The position numbers and the translations under genes are program-made. A stretch of 62,000 nucleotides of DNA. It comes from Wallemia ichthyophaga EXF-994. Taxonomy: Eukaryota; Fungi; Basidiomycota. Shown piece by piece: positions 1 through 12,436 of the stretch. A model generated the notes under the pieces. The model was not told where the DNA came from, searched no databases, and saw only the letters and a program-made list of their open reading frames with translations. The stretch lies in contig NW_008806285.1 in assembly GCF_000400465.1 (NCBI RefSeq), positions 206,001 through 268,000 on the forward strand. Reading direction: 5' to 3'. Every line of letters starts with the position of its first letter. Position 1 is the stretch's first letter.

Positions 1-2827
1 ACGCTTGGATGGGTCTGAGATAGCAACGCTGAGAGAATGATTATCTTCCTGAACTTTTCCATTAAGTTCTAGTGAGGCTTGAGCTGATGCCTAATTGGAG
101 TAAGTAAAGCATTTCAAATGTAATTACATACCGGGTCTAAGAAGGTGACATAAGCAAAGCGGCGTGTTGTCTTGATCGAACGGCTAGGCCATCTCGTATC
201 GAAAATTGTGCCATACTATTAACGATTAGCATGAAGATTCATGTGTATTGACGATACTCACTGGTTCAAAAAGAGCCCTCAAGCTATCATCCTTAGTGCC
301 TTCAGGAAAATTTGTCACATAGAGCGTGGAGGACCATCCCATAACAACTTTGATTTCGACTTCCTCGATGCGCTTCTTATCTTTCGTAAGAGCCGCAGGA
401 ACATCATCCTGAAAAATCTTAGTACGGCATAACATAATGTTGATTACGTACCCGACTCAAAAACTCAACAGTTGCCGCTGATTGATCTTTAAGATCTTTG
501 ACAGTGACTTCGCGCATATCACCACACTTTGAAATAAGAATTAAGAGGGATTCTTCCACTAGGCTTGGAATACTCACATCTTTGAATAGCAAATTGACAT
601 CTGTGTTGTTGCATCCTAATGGAAGACCGCTGACTATTACAGTTGTGTTTTCGCGATCTCTGCTATCTCGTCAGTTATCATTGGGGTTGGACTTGGTTCT
701 CACCTCTTCAACTTATCTACAGTTTGTTGAACCTTCTGCTTCTTCGCGCTCTCATTGTTATTGGATTCATCACCAGCTTTTCTCTTGTTGTTTGTGCTAC
801 CTGAGAAATCAAGTGAAGGGTCTACAGCAGTCTCCTCAGTTGCTGGAGCAGCTACTGCTACTTGAGGTTGCTGTTGTGTGTAATTTTCGTAAGCTTGTGC
901 TGCTTCCTGTATTTTGATTAGGTAACTCTTAAAAATACAAACCACTTACATTCAGACGACGATCAGCTAATAATTGGCTGGCTTTTGTGATGCTGATTTG
1001 TGCTTGCATTTGAGTATCGAGGCTTCCATATTGGTCCTCAAATTCTTTGTAAGCTTGATGAACGGCTTCAGGATAATCGATGAATTGTCGTGGTGTTGCT
1101 GTTTTGTAGACAGACCTGGCTTTGTCGTAATTTTCATTTCGCGTCTCGAAAGCAGCCCAATCTAACCAAACAGAATAACTACGCTTCTGTGTATTGTTCT
1201 TAGACATGCGTTCAAAAATTTGAGAAGCTGCACTGGTCGCGCTCTCCTCTTTAACACGTTCGTGCCATGATATTGCATACTTTTCTATTCTATTAAATGG
1301 ATCTCGACTTTTGACCCTGTCGAGACCATCTTCAAGGATTGCTGCCACTTCTGCATATGCAACAGCTACATCAACATTCTCCAACGTGTGCCTCAAGTAA
1401 GAAGCTCTCGCTGAAATCAGCGCTACTAAATCATCGACTCTTGATTCAATAAGACCTGTTGAGATTGCCCTTGCATATGTTTCTTCAGCCTTCTCTGCAG
1501 GGTGTTTGAATTGCTCGTGGGCTCTGATCAAAGAGCTCCAAAGTTCTCCTGACCAGGGACATACTTTAACGGAGCGCTCGATAACATTCATTACCTTATC
1601 AGGCCTCTCTTTGTTATTAATCATCCAGTTGACGTATGTCACCCAAATCTTAGCAACGCTGGTAGCAATAGAATCATCGGTAGAGCCAGAAGGACCTGAG
1701 CCATCTTCACCTAACAGACTGTTGAATGGGTAGCAATCTCTTACTGCTCTTTCAAATAAGCCAACAATGAGATTTCGATTAGCAAGCTTCGGTTTTCCAT
1801 TTGGTGATTGTGCAAAGTTAATGTATGCGAGATATGCTTCGACGGTATAGTTGGAGCCCTGACATGACATTTTAGCCAGCAAATTACCATTCAAAGCGTT
1901 ACTTACAAGAGCAATCTCGTATTGATCATAATCCTCATATAAAGTCTGACCCTTTTTATAGTCCTTATTAGCGGCAACCATATGAGATTCGTATTGAGAA
2001 TTGTCGTAAGCTGTTATAAAACTTGAATAGGAACTGAAAGTATCTGCATGATCTGGAGCAACGAATGAGTGCAATTCAATTGTATGACAATAGCTTACTA
2101 GCATGGGGTATCTTGAGCCTAGCCAAGTAGAATTGTTGCATTCTTTGTATCGCTTCAGGTCTATCCTCACGTTAATGATCATCAAACGCAATGGAACGAG
2201 CTCACTTAGGTGATTTCTAATGGAATAAGCTAGGAGTTGAATGATAAAAAGCCTTACCTCAATTAAAGATTGCTCCCAATCTCTCCATTTGTCCCATATT
2301 TCGCAGCTCTGAACACGATAAGCATATGTAACCTACTAGAAAGAAAACGTACACCGGTGAGATCCCATTCTATGCCTTCATAAGCTGTACCAAATGCTTG
2401 TCTAATGCTCTGTTCGCTAAAGACTTGCTCTGTTTTTCCTTGAGCTGAACCGTGTATTAGGTTATCGATGTAAAATAACGCAATCTTTACGGAAGAAGGA
2501 ACATCTTGAATGGCAGAGATGAAGGCATTGTGTTTATCGTTATGTGCATCAATAGGGATACTTTTGATATTATCAAGGTGGAAAACTGCATCAAGTCAGA
2601 GGAATATATATAGAGAGGGGATAGAAACCTTCACCGACAACCCAAGTCTGCCTCCAATGAGCCCAAGTCTGATGGAATTGATCTGCCATACCAAGTTGGC
2701 GTGTAGCATTCGTTGCTCTAACAAAGGCGTGGAAAGAGAGATAAGGATATTCAAGTGATCCTAAAGCCATTTCTAACGATTGTAGGGAATTGAATTGGGT
2801 GATTTCATCTGGAATATCATCTTTCAT
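1..2827 (-). CDS. PRP24: U4/U6 recycling factor Prp24/SART3-like (HAT repeats + RRMs), multi-exon, runs off the left edge
   Basis: HAT-like ORF 929-2191 (LFERAVRDC, CPWSGELWS, WLDWAAFE); RRM RNP2 motif STLYVTNFPEG in 226-435; a further RRM-like exon at 1-90; likely ATG at 2827 (MKDDIPDEI) followed by GT-AG introns. Confidence 0.8.
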
Positions 2828-3067
2828 TTCAACGTTGACTGTAAACGACGAAGATGGTTGAAGAAAGTGGGTAAATGTAATATCGATTTGGTTTAAATTT
2901 AATTCAATTTAAAGATTCATCAGATAAGCCTCAGAGCCTTAATCTTCCAAAGCCAGATCACATCGTGTGCGTTGTCTTGTGTTTAATTGCATGTAATTCT
3001 CACTCGCATCGAATACAGCGAAGAACACGCAAGGCTACAATCCGGCAGCAGATCTCCTCACAGTCTA

Positions 3068-4694
3068 ATGGCTGATCAATTTGAGAAAATGGAATTTGGT
3101 GCGCCCGAAGGACTCAAGTGAGTGACAGAGAAACCAATTTGCTGTTCTAACAGGACAAGACCAACAAATCAAATGCAATCATCCACTCCTTCGACCACTC
3201 CAAGTCTTTCTCACTCTCAACTATCCCCAGAACCTTCCAATAATGTCGATAATGATTCTGCTCAAGTTATAACTCCTTGGGATGTTCAGGGCGCTGTCGT
3301 TGACGGTAAAACGGTAGCTGTCGACTATGACAAGCTTATTCTCCAGTTTGGTACAAAGCCTGTCGATAAAAGTCTATTGGAAAGATTTGAAAGGCTGACA
3401 CAGCGTAAAGCTCACGTCTATCTCAGAAGAGGCATGTTCTTCTCTCATAGGTGTGTCATAACCTGGACTATGATCGATTCGTTAATCCCTTTCAAGAGAG
3501 CTTGATCGTATTCTTGATAGATATGAACAAGGAAAGCCTTTCTACTTATATACAGGTAGAGGTCCAAGTAGCGACAGCATGCACTTGGGTCATATGATTC
3601 CTTTCATGTTTACAAAGTGGTTACAAGATGTCTTTAATTGCCCATTGGTCATCCAGTTGACCGGTAAGTGACGTAAGATCGAAGCAATCTATAATTCAAT
3701 TTTATCAGATGACGAAAAGTTTCTTTTCAAAAGCAATCTCAAGATTGAGCAGACACAAAAGTTTGCCAGCGAAAACGCCAAGGACATTGTGGCGCTTGGA
3801 TTCAACCCAGACAAAACACTCATCTTCTCTGACTTTGATTTCGTCGGGTGAGTCTACGATTTCTCAATTATTTGCTTCTAATTATAATCAGAGGTCCATT
3901 CTATCACAACGTCGTTAGAATATCAAAGTTGATCACCTACAATCAAGCCAAAGCAGCATTCGGCTTTAATGAATCTGACTCAATTGGAAAGATACACTTT
4001 TGTTCAATTCAAGCTGCGCCATCATTTAGCAATAGTTTCCCAAACATATTTGGCTCCAAACACGATATACCGTGTTTGATTCCTTGCGCAATCGATCAGG
4101 ATCCTTACTTTAGAATAACGCGCGATGTTGCAGCCAAATTAAAATATCCAAAACCTGCTTTGTTACATAGCAAGTTTTTCCCCGCATTACAAGGATCTCA
4201 AACAAAGATGAGCGCTTCTGATACTAATTCTTCTATATACATGACGGACAAACCGAACGAAATCAAAAACAAAATGAATAAGCACGCATTCTCTGGAGGT
4301 CAAGCATTGGCCGAAGATCACAGAAAGTACGGCGGTAACCCTGATGTTGACGTTTCGTATCAGTATCTTGGATTCCTGATGGATGATGATGATGAATACA
4401 AGAAAATTGCTGAAGTAAGTATTGAAAGTGATCGTGTTTATTCTACTCACCTCGTAATTAGGAATATCGTGCCGGTAACATACTCTCAGGTGAAATGAAG
4501 AAACTTTGCATCGGAGAATTGCAAAAGTTTGTTGCAAATTTCCAAGAAGCCAAGTCCAAAGTTACTAATGAAATGTTGCAATCCTTTATGGATCCTCAAA
4601 AGATCATCAATGGCTTTGATGGTGGGTGTCCTCTCAGATGCTGATGAAACTTTTCTTACTTGAAGAACTAGTCTTAAACACGCAAACCAAATAA
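3068..4694 (+). CDS. WRS1: Cytoplasmic tryptophanyl-tRNA synthetase
   Basis: [52 protein letters not shown] and KMSAS motifs across spliced exons; ATG at 3068; last small exon inferred (stop at 4644 if the final intron is retained). Confidence 0.95.
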
Positions 4695-4760
4695 TAAGGT
4701 TGAAAGCATAACAATATTATAACTGTGTTACGTATTCGTATAAAGGTATATATTTACTAA

Positions 4761-7688
4761 TTACAATTGTTTCTTGCCTTCAACGTTTTGGTGACTTGAA
4801 GGATTAAAGTTGTTAGATTCACCGTTTGTGTTAAAGTTTAACAACTCTGAAGGCTCGCTTTCATTGTCAGATGTTGAGGCCTCGCTGTCAACTTCTGATT
4901 TGTTAAAGTCGTTAATTGGATTGAGTCGTTCAATGTTGCCCTGAGCCGTCGCATCAACCTGCTTAGACTCAAAATCGGAGTTTGTAGCGACACTAGCTGC
5001 ATCGAGTTGCTCGACGCTTTTTGTGTTCATTCTATTCATTTTCAAAGTGTCGCGTACCATATGTCTACCTTTCAAGATCTCCCGTTCTATCTTAAAGCGG
5101 TTTTCGACAATATGTAGTTTCGGCCACGTTGCCAACTGCCCCATTTTCATCATGCGTCTGTTGAAAGTGAGCAACGTTATTTAGTAATTGCAACAACTCA
5201 CTTTAGTTCAGGCCTATCAGGATCCGACAATATATGGATCCAATCTAAAAACCTTGTCCGTGGCCAAATAGTTATGCTACCTTCAAACTGAGAGCTATAA
5301 GTTAGAGTTTTGAAATTCAGTAAACAAACAAACCTTTTGAAGAAATACAGATGAAAAATCCGTTGCTAATATCTCTGGCATTAATTCCAAGTCTCTAATA
5401 ACCTATTATTCGTAAGATTTTTGTTCTGTGGAATACCTCATCAACAACTAACTTTTAAATTTTTGCTTAATTCCAGTTTGAGGTAGGATTCAGCTGCCTA
5501 GTGAATTGTGAGATTGATTGAAATACGCGGTAAATGCCCTTACAGCTAAAAAGAATCCACCACGCCATCCTTGACCTCTACGGTGAGCAACAGGTTTACC
5601 AGCAGATCCTAAAAGATATTAGTCAATTGAAATGATGCGAAACACATTTAACACCTCTTGGAGCGTAGAAAAACAAGTGAACATGAGGGTTTACTTGGGA
5701 CACAATAGCGTGGTTGACTAAAGAGTATTAGAAATGCGAGTAGCGGAATAGTTATACTAAAGTACCATTATAAACTAACAGCTCAAATTAGAGAAAATAA
5801 AACCAATTGAAAGCTGAACTTACGAAGGTTTAACGACTGTAATGGTATATCAACTCTAATAGAACCATCCTTAAATCTAGCACCAAGACTAAAAGGCTCA
5901 ATTGATCCATCTTTACATTTGCGCATCAGGACAACTGGTGGAAGGATCTAGAGTTTGTCAAATTTTGCATCTACGCGCAAAGATAGACATACACCTGGAA
6001 CTGCTGCAGATCTATTCAAATAAATAAGTGAAAAGACTGAACAATAAGTAAAAAAGACTGAAAACGAACTTACGCGATAATGGCTGACCAAATTACGCAG
6101 TCGGGCGCTGTTAGATGATTTAAAATCTTTGTGGGACTGTGTCTATCAGATGGGGTAACAGATATATTCAAAGATCTCCCTGTTCGCTCGTAGGCGTCTT
6201 GAAATGTCATTGTACCTCTAGTGAAAAACATGGACTGTTTTTAAATTAGTCAAATCAAAAGATATGGGATCATCTAACCAACCTTCTCCGCCCAAGCTAT
6301 TGTGTCAAAACGAGCACCCGTGCGCCACCATCTCGGGAACCAAACAGAGAAGGAATCTTCGCAAGCTTTAATCTTATCTGCTAGTTCTGGTCTGGTATAT
6401 GGTCAGAACAGGACGCGCTGTGAACATGAACATGCTTTAATAATCGAGAAAGTTCCTTATCAGTGCGTGTTGCACAAAACGCTGCCACTAATCCACCTGC
6501 AGATGTACCAGTTATCACTCTAGGTAACAAGCCAGCTTCCAGAAATGCCTTAAGAACACCAAAGTGATAGCTTTTCAGACATGTAAGCAGAATTAAAGTT
6601 TGATCGTGCAGCTTACTATCCAAAGGAACCTCCTCCAGACAGACAAAGTGCTGACTGACCAAAATTGCGGTTAAAGGATTTAAAAAGGATACGCTTCTGT
6701 TCGATAGAGACAGAGGGATGATCGCGAAGAGTAGAAAGGGACCTGCTGACTAGAAGACCTAAGCTTTTGTTGTAAAGAGAGTTGATAGCTCACCCTCATT
6801 GATGTAGTCTTCAATCAGGACTTTGCTGCCGTAGAATGTCTAAAATGGCATGAGTTTTTTTTTTATAGAGCTAAAAAGTAAAATCACACACTTCACTATA
6901 AAGACGCGAGCTCTCAGTACCAGCAAAGTTGTTTTTGATGCAAATTTCAAGAACACCTATCAGGCCCTGAATGTCATCATTTTGACGCTTGTCTTTTAAG
7001 GAGGACAAGACCTAGAAATATAAGTAGAGGATAGTAGGAATGAAGAAGCTTACTTTCTGAACGAGTAAGGAATCATAGTAAATGCCGCTGTGATTATCGC
7101 TTTTCCATTTCTCGAGATCCAGATAGTGATCCATTTCAACGGCAGCTTTCTTCCAATCATGGAAATTGGTAGCATTTCTCATCTTTTGCCTTATAACAGC
7201 AGACTTGCCACGATCTGGAGGAGCTAATGAGTAGGTAAACAGGGGAATGAGGAATAACTGACGTTGAATAGCCCATTCCCAGAGATTTACGATTTGACGA
7301 ACAGAGACGTAGAATATGAATTCGATAGTGATAGTGAAGAAAAGGATGATGAGGAGGGGATATCTGATTGTAGTGTATCCCCAGCTAAAGCCAGAAGAAA
7401 CTTTGGGTTTACGTCTCCTGAGTTAGAGAGAGAGGATGAGAAAGAAGGAAGGGAAGGGGAAGAGACGTACCTCTTGACACGTTCATGTACAGGTGCAAAG
7501 TCGCTTAAAGCGGAAATGCGAGTGTCCTCATCGATGGAGTCAATTTGACTAAGGGCGAGTCTAAATGCTTGAATATGACTTTGAATGAGTTAGAATATGT
7601 ATAAATATATGATATTCTTATACCTTTGATCAATATAATCATTATTGAGCTCATCATCAAGCTTATCAATCGATTTTAGTGATGGCAT
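4761..7688 (-). CDS. Patatin-like phospholipase / TGL3-4-5-family triacylglycerol lipase, many exons
   Basis: YHFGVLKAFLEAGLLPRVITGTSAGGLVAA (patatin GxSxG); ATG at 7688 (MPSLKSIDKLDD) then a GTATAA intron; terminal exon is ORF 4761-5174. Confidence 0.85.
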
Positions 7689-7723
7689 CGAGTTTTAAAC
7701 AGATAAATTATCAATAAAATATT

Positions 7724-8372
7724 TTAGAAAGCTATTTTAGTATCCAAATCTTTGACTTCGCTTTCAACTTCCTCGTAGATCACTTTCCATTCTTCAAGCT
7801 TTTCCTTTGAATCTTCTTCACCTTTCTTTGATTTCGCTGACTTTGGTACGACCATCATACAGCTCGTTGGTCTCTTTGTACCAGAAGCTTCACCTAATTC
7901 TTCTTTGCTTGCGACGAATACGTATGGAATGGCAGATTCCTCACAAAGTACGGGGATGTGTGTTAGAATATCAATTGGTGATATGTTAGCAGCCATGATG
8001 ACCACGCTTTGATATGCTTAATGTCTTGTAACTCATGAACAACATAACTCACCCCTTCTCACCCTTCTTTACACCTTTAACAACTTCCTTCACACCACGA
8101 CGAAGATTACGAGTTTTTGCACCTTTTTTTTATTAAATTTTGTGTAACGCTGCTTAAATGATAATCAAACCTTTCTTTACACACTTGTGCACTTTCTTTG
8201 CCAATTTTTTACCTGCTAGTGGATGTGCTATCGGCGATAAACTTTCCATTGGAATTTCATCTTCCTCAGTCTTTGATTTTTTAGATTCCTTCTTAGGGCT
8301 GTCCACTGTAGCAGCTTCAGCATCATCCGCAGTAACCGATTTCCTCTTCTTCTTGGTCTCGTCTTTAGCCAT
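7724..8372 (-). CDS. NHP2: H/ACA snoRNP subunit Nhp2 (L7Ae family)
   Basis: LSPIAHPLAGKKLAKKVHKCVKK, RGVKEVVK, AANISPIDILTHIPVLCEESAIPYVFVASKEELG. Confidence 0.93.
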
Positions 8373-8414
8373 TTGTGATTGTTTGAGTGGAAGGAGTGTA
8401 AGCTTAATTCAGCG

Positions 8415-8563
8415 AAACCCTAAGATGGGTTCCCGGGCGGGTGAAATTTAAAATTGACGGAGGAAAATAAGCTGAACGAGCTCATATTTTACGGTGGGTG
8501 AGGTGAAAATTTTCGGCTAAGCGACCATATGCTAGTAATTCTGGACGAAACGAGAAAATTTTT
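8415..8563. promoter_or_regulatory. Possible ribosome-biogenesis promoter motifs upstream of NHP2 (telo-box/Homol-E-like AAACCCTAA; RRPE-like TGAAAATTTT and GAAAATTTTT)
   Basis: AAACCCTAA at 8415-8423, TGAAAATTTT at 8504-8513, GAAAATTTTT at 8554-8563; short motifs that could arise by chance in AT-rich DNA. Confidence 0.3.
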
Positions 8564-8959
8564 ATCAAAAAGGAAAACTAGTGTGAAAGCAAAATATAGA
8601 ACGAATATAGAATGATTACAAAGTTTAAAAAATAAAGAGATTTACACTTGGTTACGCATGTGTTCGACTTCTGGGAAGAAATGAGGCCATCGGGGAGAAA
8701 CAGGTCGGATAACAAAAAGGCGCAGCCACAATCACTTAGTTGATAAATATGACTTATGCAGGAGAGCCATTTCCTTGTCTAACCTCACTATAACATCTTG
8801 CAAATGGCTTCAAACGTTCAATGAAGGGAGAAGATTATCACCAGGGAATTGGATTAATTATTTCGAATTACTATATAAATTATTTATTATTTATAATCAT
8901 ATTCATATTCATGTTTATCTTCTGTTACTTAATCATTCACTCTCATCACCCTCCCAGAA

Positions 8960-10181
8960 ATGCTCGACAAGTCTTTAAAATCTATCCTTGTTTGTAATTA
9001 TTTTATCATAATTACCCTTCTCATTCCTATCTCAGCCTTTATTGGATAGCGGCGATCACTACGGCGCTCATCAACGTACTAGAACTGCCGCTGCCAGGTT
9101 ATCCAGGAATGGCATTCAAGGTCAATATACTGCTATCGAATTGCTTTTCATCGTTTCAAAGTCTTTACTCGAAAAGTCTCAATGGGCTTCCGGCGTAGAC
9201 GTTTCTATCATGATGATTGATGCTATGGCTAAATTAGAGGCTCCTTGGGAGCCTACTCACAAAGCTCACGTTACTCAATTGATTGGATTATGTACCTCTC
9301 AATCTACTTGGAGGAAAAAGCTTATCGACGCTGCCATATCGTCTGTCTTACCTCTTTTTTGTCTTCTTTCGCTTATGTCACTTTAGTTCCAGCGCGAAAT
9401 CTTTCAATATACCCTCCGGTCATCCTGATATTCTTCAATACATAGGTAATCTCTACTACAAAGGTATTTTACATTTTCTTTCTCTTGATTTTTCTTATCT
9501 TCATTCCGTCCAGAATCTTCATTTAACGTGGCAGAACATTACTTGATGCTTGCTTCAAAAAAGGAATCTGCTACAATCCTTGCTAAAATGTACATGCAGT
9601 GGGCACTTTCCAACAATCAATATCATGACGATGTCGGCCGTTTTGCTTTGAGAGGTGTTCTTGGGTAAGTCATGCGTCTGAAAAAGCATGGATTACATTT
9701 CTAACTATCTTAATAGTTTCATATTAGCTGAACAAGTCGAATGTGCCATTACTTTTACTCTTAACTTTTTAATAGAGTTACAATTATCTCATCCTAACAC
9801 TATCCTTGAATCTCAACCTCTTGATGGCATAACTTTAACACAATCACATACCCTAAACTTCGCCCAACTAATCATTGCATGCATTCAAAGGAGCGGTACA
9901 TCAAATATTGCACAGGAGTGGAAGTCATTGGTAGATTATTATCGAAACTCTAGTTCCATTGTAAACACTCAACCTGTTACTCAAGTAGGTATTACTAGCG
10001 TTATATTTCAAGCTAATTAGTATAGGCTTGTGCAAAGATTGGTTCTCTCTACTTTGACATCAAACCAATGCAGTCCAGTGGTAACATGATGGATATCATG
10101 TCTTCTTTGCTCGGTGGTGCCCCTGCTCAATCAATTTCCAAACGTAAGTTGGCAAATACGTCAGTTGGTGAATTAGATTAG
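8960..10181 (+). CDS. GET4: Golgi-to-ER traffic protein 4 (DUF410)
   Basis: GDHYGAHQRTRTAAARL, AIELLFIVSKSLLEKSQWASGVD, GHPDILQYIG; spliced; stop TAG at 10179-10181. Confidence 0.85.
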
Positions 10182-10317
10182 ACTTGACTATTTTGTTTAA
10201 TTATACATACCGCATCCGCATCGAGGTTCAGTGAGATAGTGCTTTTGACTGTGACATTAAATGTTACTCATTGATTGGGGTTTCAGGCTTTTGAGAACCA
10301 CGCTTATTCAAAAAACT

Positions 10318-12202
10318 GTCCAAAATTACAATCAGAATGGATGCGTAAAAAAATTGATTAGCAAACTCAGCAAATTATTGAGGCTCGAATATATCTTGAC
10401 AGTGATTTATCTATAGTTGATGAATTGTATGTTACACAAAACATGGGCAAGAGTTAAAAATATATCATTAGACGCATTAACGCTTTTAAAGCACGGTGAA
10501 AGACATTTAACTTGCTGTTAGATTCTTGACACGCTAACTCTAGCCACATCACCTACCATACGTCCTTAATATCGCTCTTCTAGGATTTAAACCGCCGAAT
10601 GAAATCCATGACTATTCATATTTATTCTGATCACGCCTTTGTTCAGAATAAATATAAAATTTACATATTATTGGTCTTCGCTGATTACACTTCTTTCTAT
10701 TTGATTGTTCGCTCGTTGAACAAACCATTCATTCCACAACCCAGCAGTCTAAACCAACATAATGGAAGAAGGTTGTAAAGAATTCTAACCGAGTAATATT
10801 CATAGAGAAAACGAAATACTTTTGTTAGGAACAACGGCTGAGAAAAGAATGATAAACAATACAGATATACACTTTGTGGAAAAATTTCGAAAGGCTGAAG
10901 GCTGATGGAAAGAAAAGTGACTAAATTATTGTTCGTAAATGACGGAACTAATCGAGCCTAAGTGAGGGTCTACCTCAAGAATGAAGGACCTTGCACGCCC
11001 ACGGTTGAGGCATTTGGCATATCTGGCGGAGGTACACTTCCCAAGATGGGGTGGTCTTGCGCCAGTGCTCGAGGATCTCAAGCGAAACTGGCCAGGTGTT
11101 TCACCGGCTGACAGGACTAAGGGAAATCACCGCGTGCATGAACGAGGTACATGCTTTGCTTTCTTCTCCTCTTCCTCGCAGCTTATTAAACTTCTTACTT
11201 GTCTTGCGGGGTCTAAGCTTGCTTCAATGCTATCTTCTCTTCATTCTAGAAAAGGATGGGGGTCGTATTCTAGATGTCGTCGACCTCGCACTGCCCATCG
11301 TAATAGGGTGCGATTAGGGGCAAATAAAATTATTGAATGAAGAGCAATTGAAACAAGACTTCATAAAATTCAGGAGTCATTTTGCGATATTTAGGATGGA
11401 AATTTCACCTCCCGCTGAATCTACTAATCATGATGCCATAATTCGAACACTAGGATATGTTAAGGGAATATGTATCTATACTAATCACTATGCGTACTGC
11501 TTCCGGCTAACCTTATCTAGTATATAATGTTTCCTAAGCTAAGCGCTTTGGCTTGGCTGATGCTTGTTCATGATCGTAAAGTGGTAGTGGTGCCAAACTA
11601 TAGAAAAGAGCCATGATTGTATGTCTTTCAAGTTTATTTGCAAGGATCACATTGACTGATCAATTCCCAGAACGTCGCTGGTGTATGATAACCACTGAGT
11701 TGATGCCGGCAGAAGGGAGTAAGTTTCATCAGAGTTTAACAAGTGCGTAAAAAAGTTTTGCAATCATAACAAAATCACATTTATTAATATCTCATAACAG
11801 TTTCACTGCGTTCGAGCCCCACAATAACTTCATCTTTTCTCCCTGAAAAGCTTCCTCATTGCGATTAGCAGGATGACGATAGGATAAATAGGAAAACAAG
11901 ATATATACTCGCTATAGGTAGCTGTAGAAGCAAGTAGAATTGCTACTTAGAGCTCAATTCATTAAGAAGAATTATTGACCGCTTTGGCGGCAAGAGCCCT
12001 ACGTCTATTAAAATCCAGAAAAATTAAAAAATTAACTAGCTAGCTAACCCAAGGTAGTCGCAATAGTCATTATCACTGTAATATTTAGAGCTTTGCAGAA
12101 AGAGGCATGTTTTCTCATTTTGCCAAGCCGACCACTAGACTAACCCTTATAGTTGACATCTGACCCTAACTTTTTCAAGGGCTGCTTAATATGAGTTTTT
12201 AA
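10318..12202 (+). repeat. Left arm of a long inverted repeat (1885 bp)
   Basis: Reverse complement of 14433-16317. Mirror coordinates sum to 26635 at both ends and for the three duplicated ORFs; spot checks were identical except A12188 vs C14447. Confidence 0.97.
10618..10655. repeat. Palindrome with 13-bp arms and 12-bp asymmetric spacer (mirror copy at 15980-16017)
   Basis: ATATTTATTCTGA-TCACGCCTTTGT-TCAGAATAAATAT read directly from the sequence. Confidence 0.9.
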
Positions 12203-12436
12203 GGTTGTCTCCCTATTAAACTACATATATGGCTCAAATATTATTTCAAAGGTCGATAATTCTTTGAATTACTATGAAGGCTAAATAGTAAGTTTGAAGT
12301 GGAGCTCCAAAGTAAGTTACATAAAAAGCTCCCTATTTAATTTTCAAGGTGGCTTACGGGTCATTTTAAAGTGTGGCTAACTAGTAATATTCAAAGATGT
12401 CTTACTAGGAATGTTCAGGGGTGTCTCACTAAATAT
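12173..12436 (+). repeat. Degenerate 24-bp tandem array (11 units), reading as a decayed octapeptide repeat
   Basis: Units at a strict 24-bp period, e.g. TTTAAAGTGTGGCTAACTAGTAAT / ATTCAAAGATGTCTTACTAGGAAT / GTTCAGGGGTGTCTCACTAAATAT; codon 5 is CTN in 10 of 11 units. Confidence 0.75.

Noticed and set aside
11810-11818. Pol III B-box-like GTTCGAGCC in each arm (tRNA or boundary element)
   Set aside because: No T-stem, A-box or cloverleaf around it; no tRNA gene was recognised anywhere in the window
12173-12436. CRISPR array or prokaryotic operon features
   Set aside because: The sequence is eukaryotic and intron-rich; the 24-bp array has no constant repeat with unique spacers
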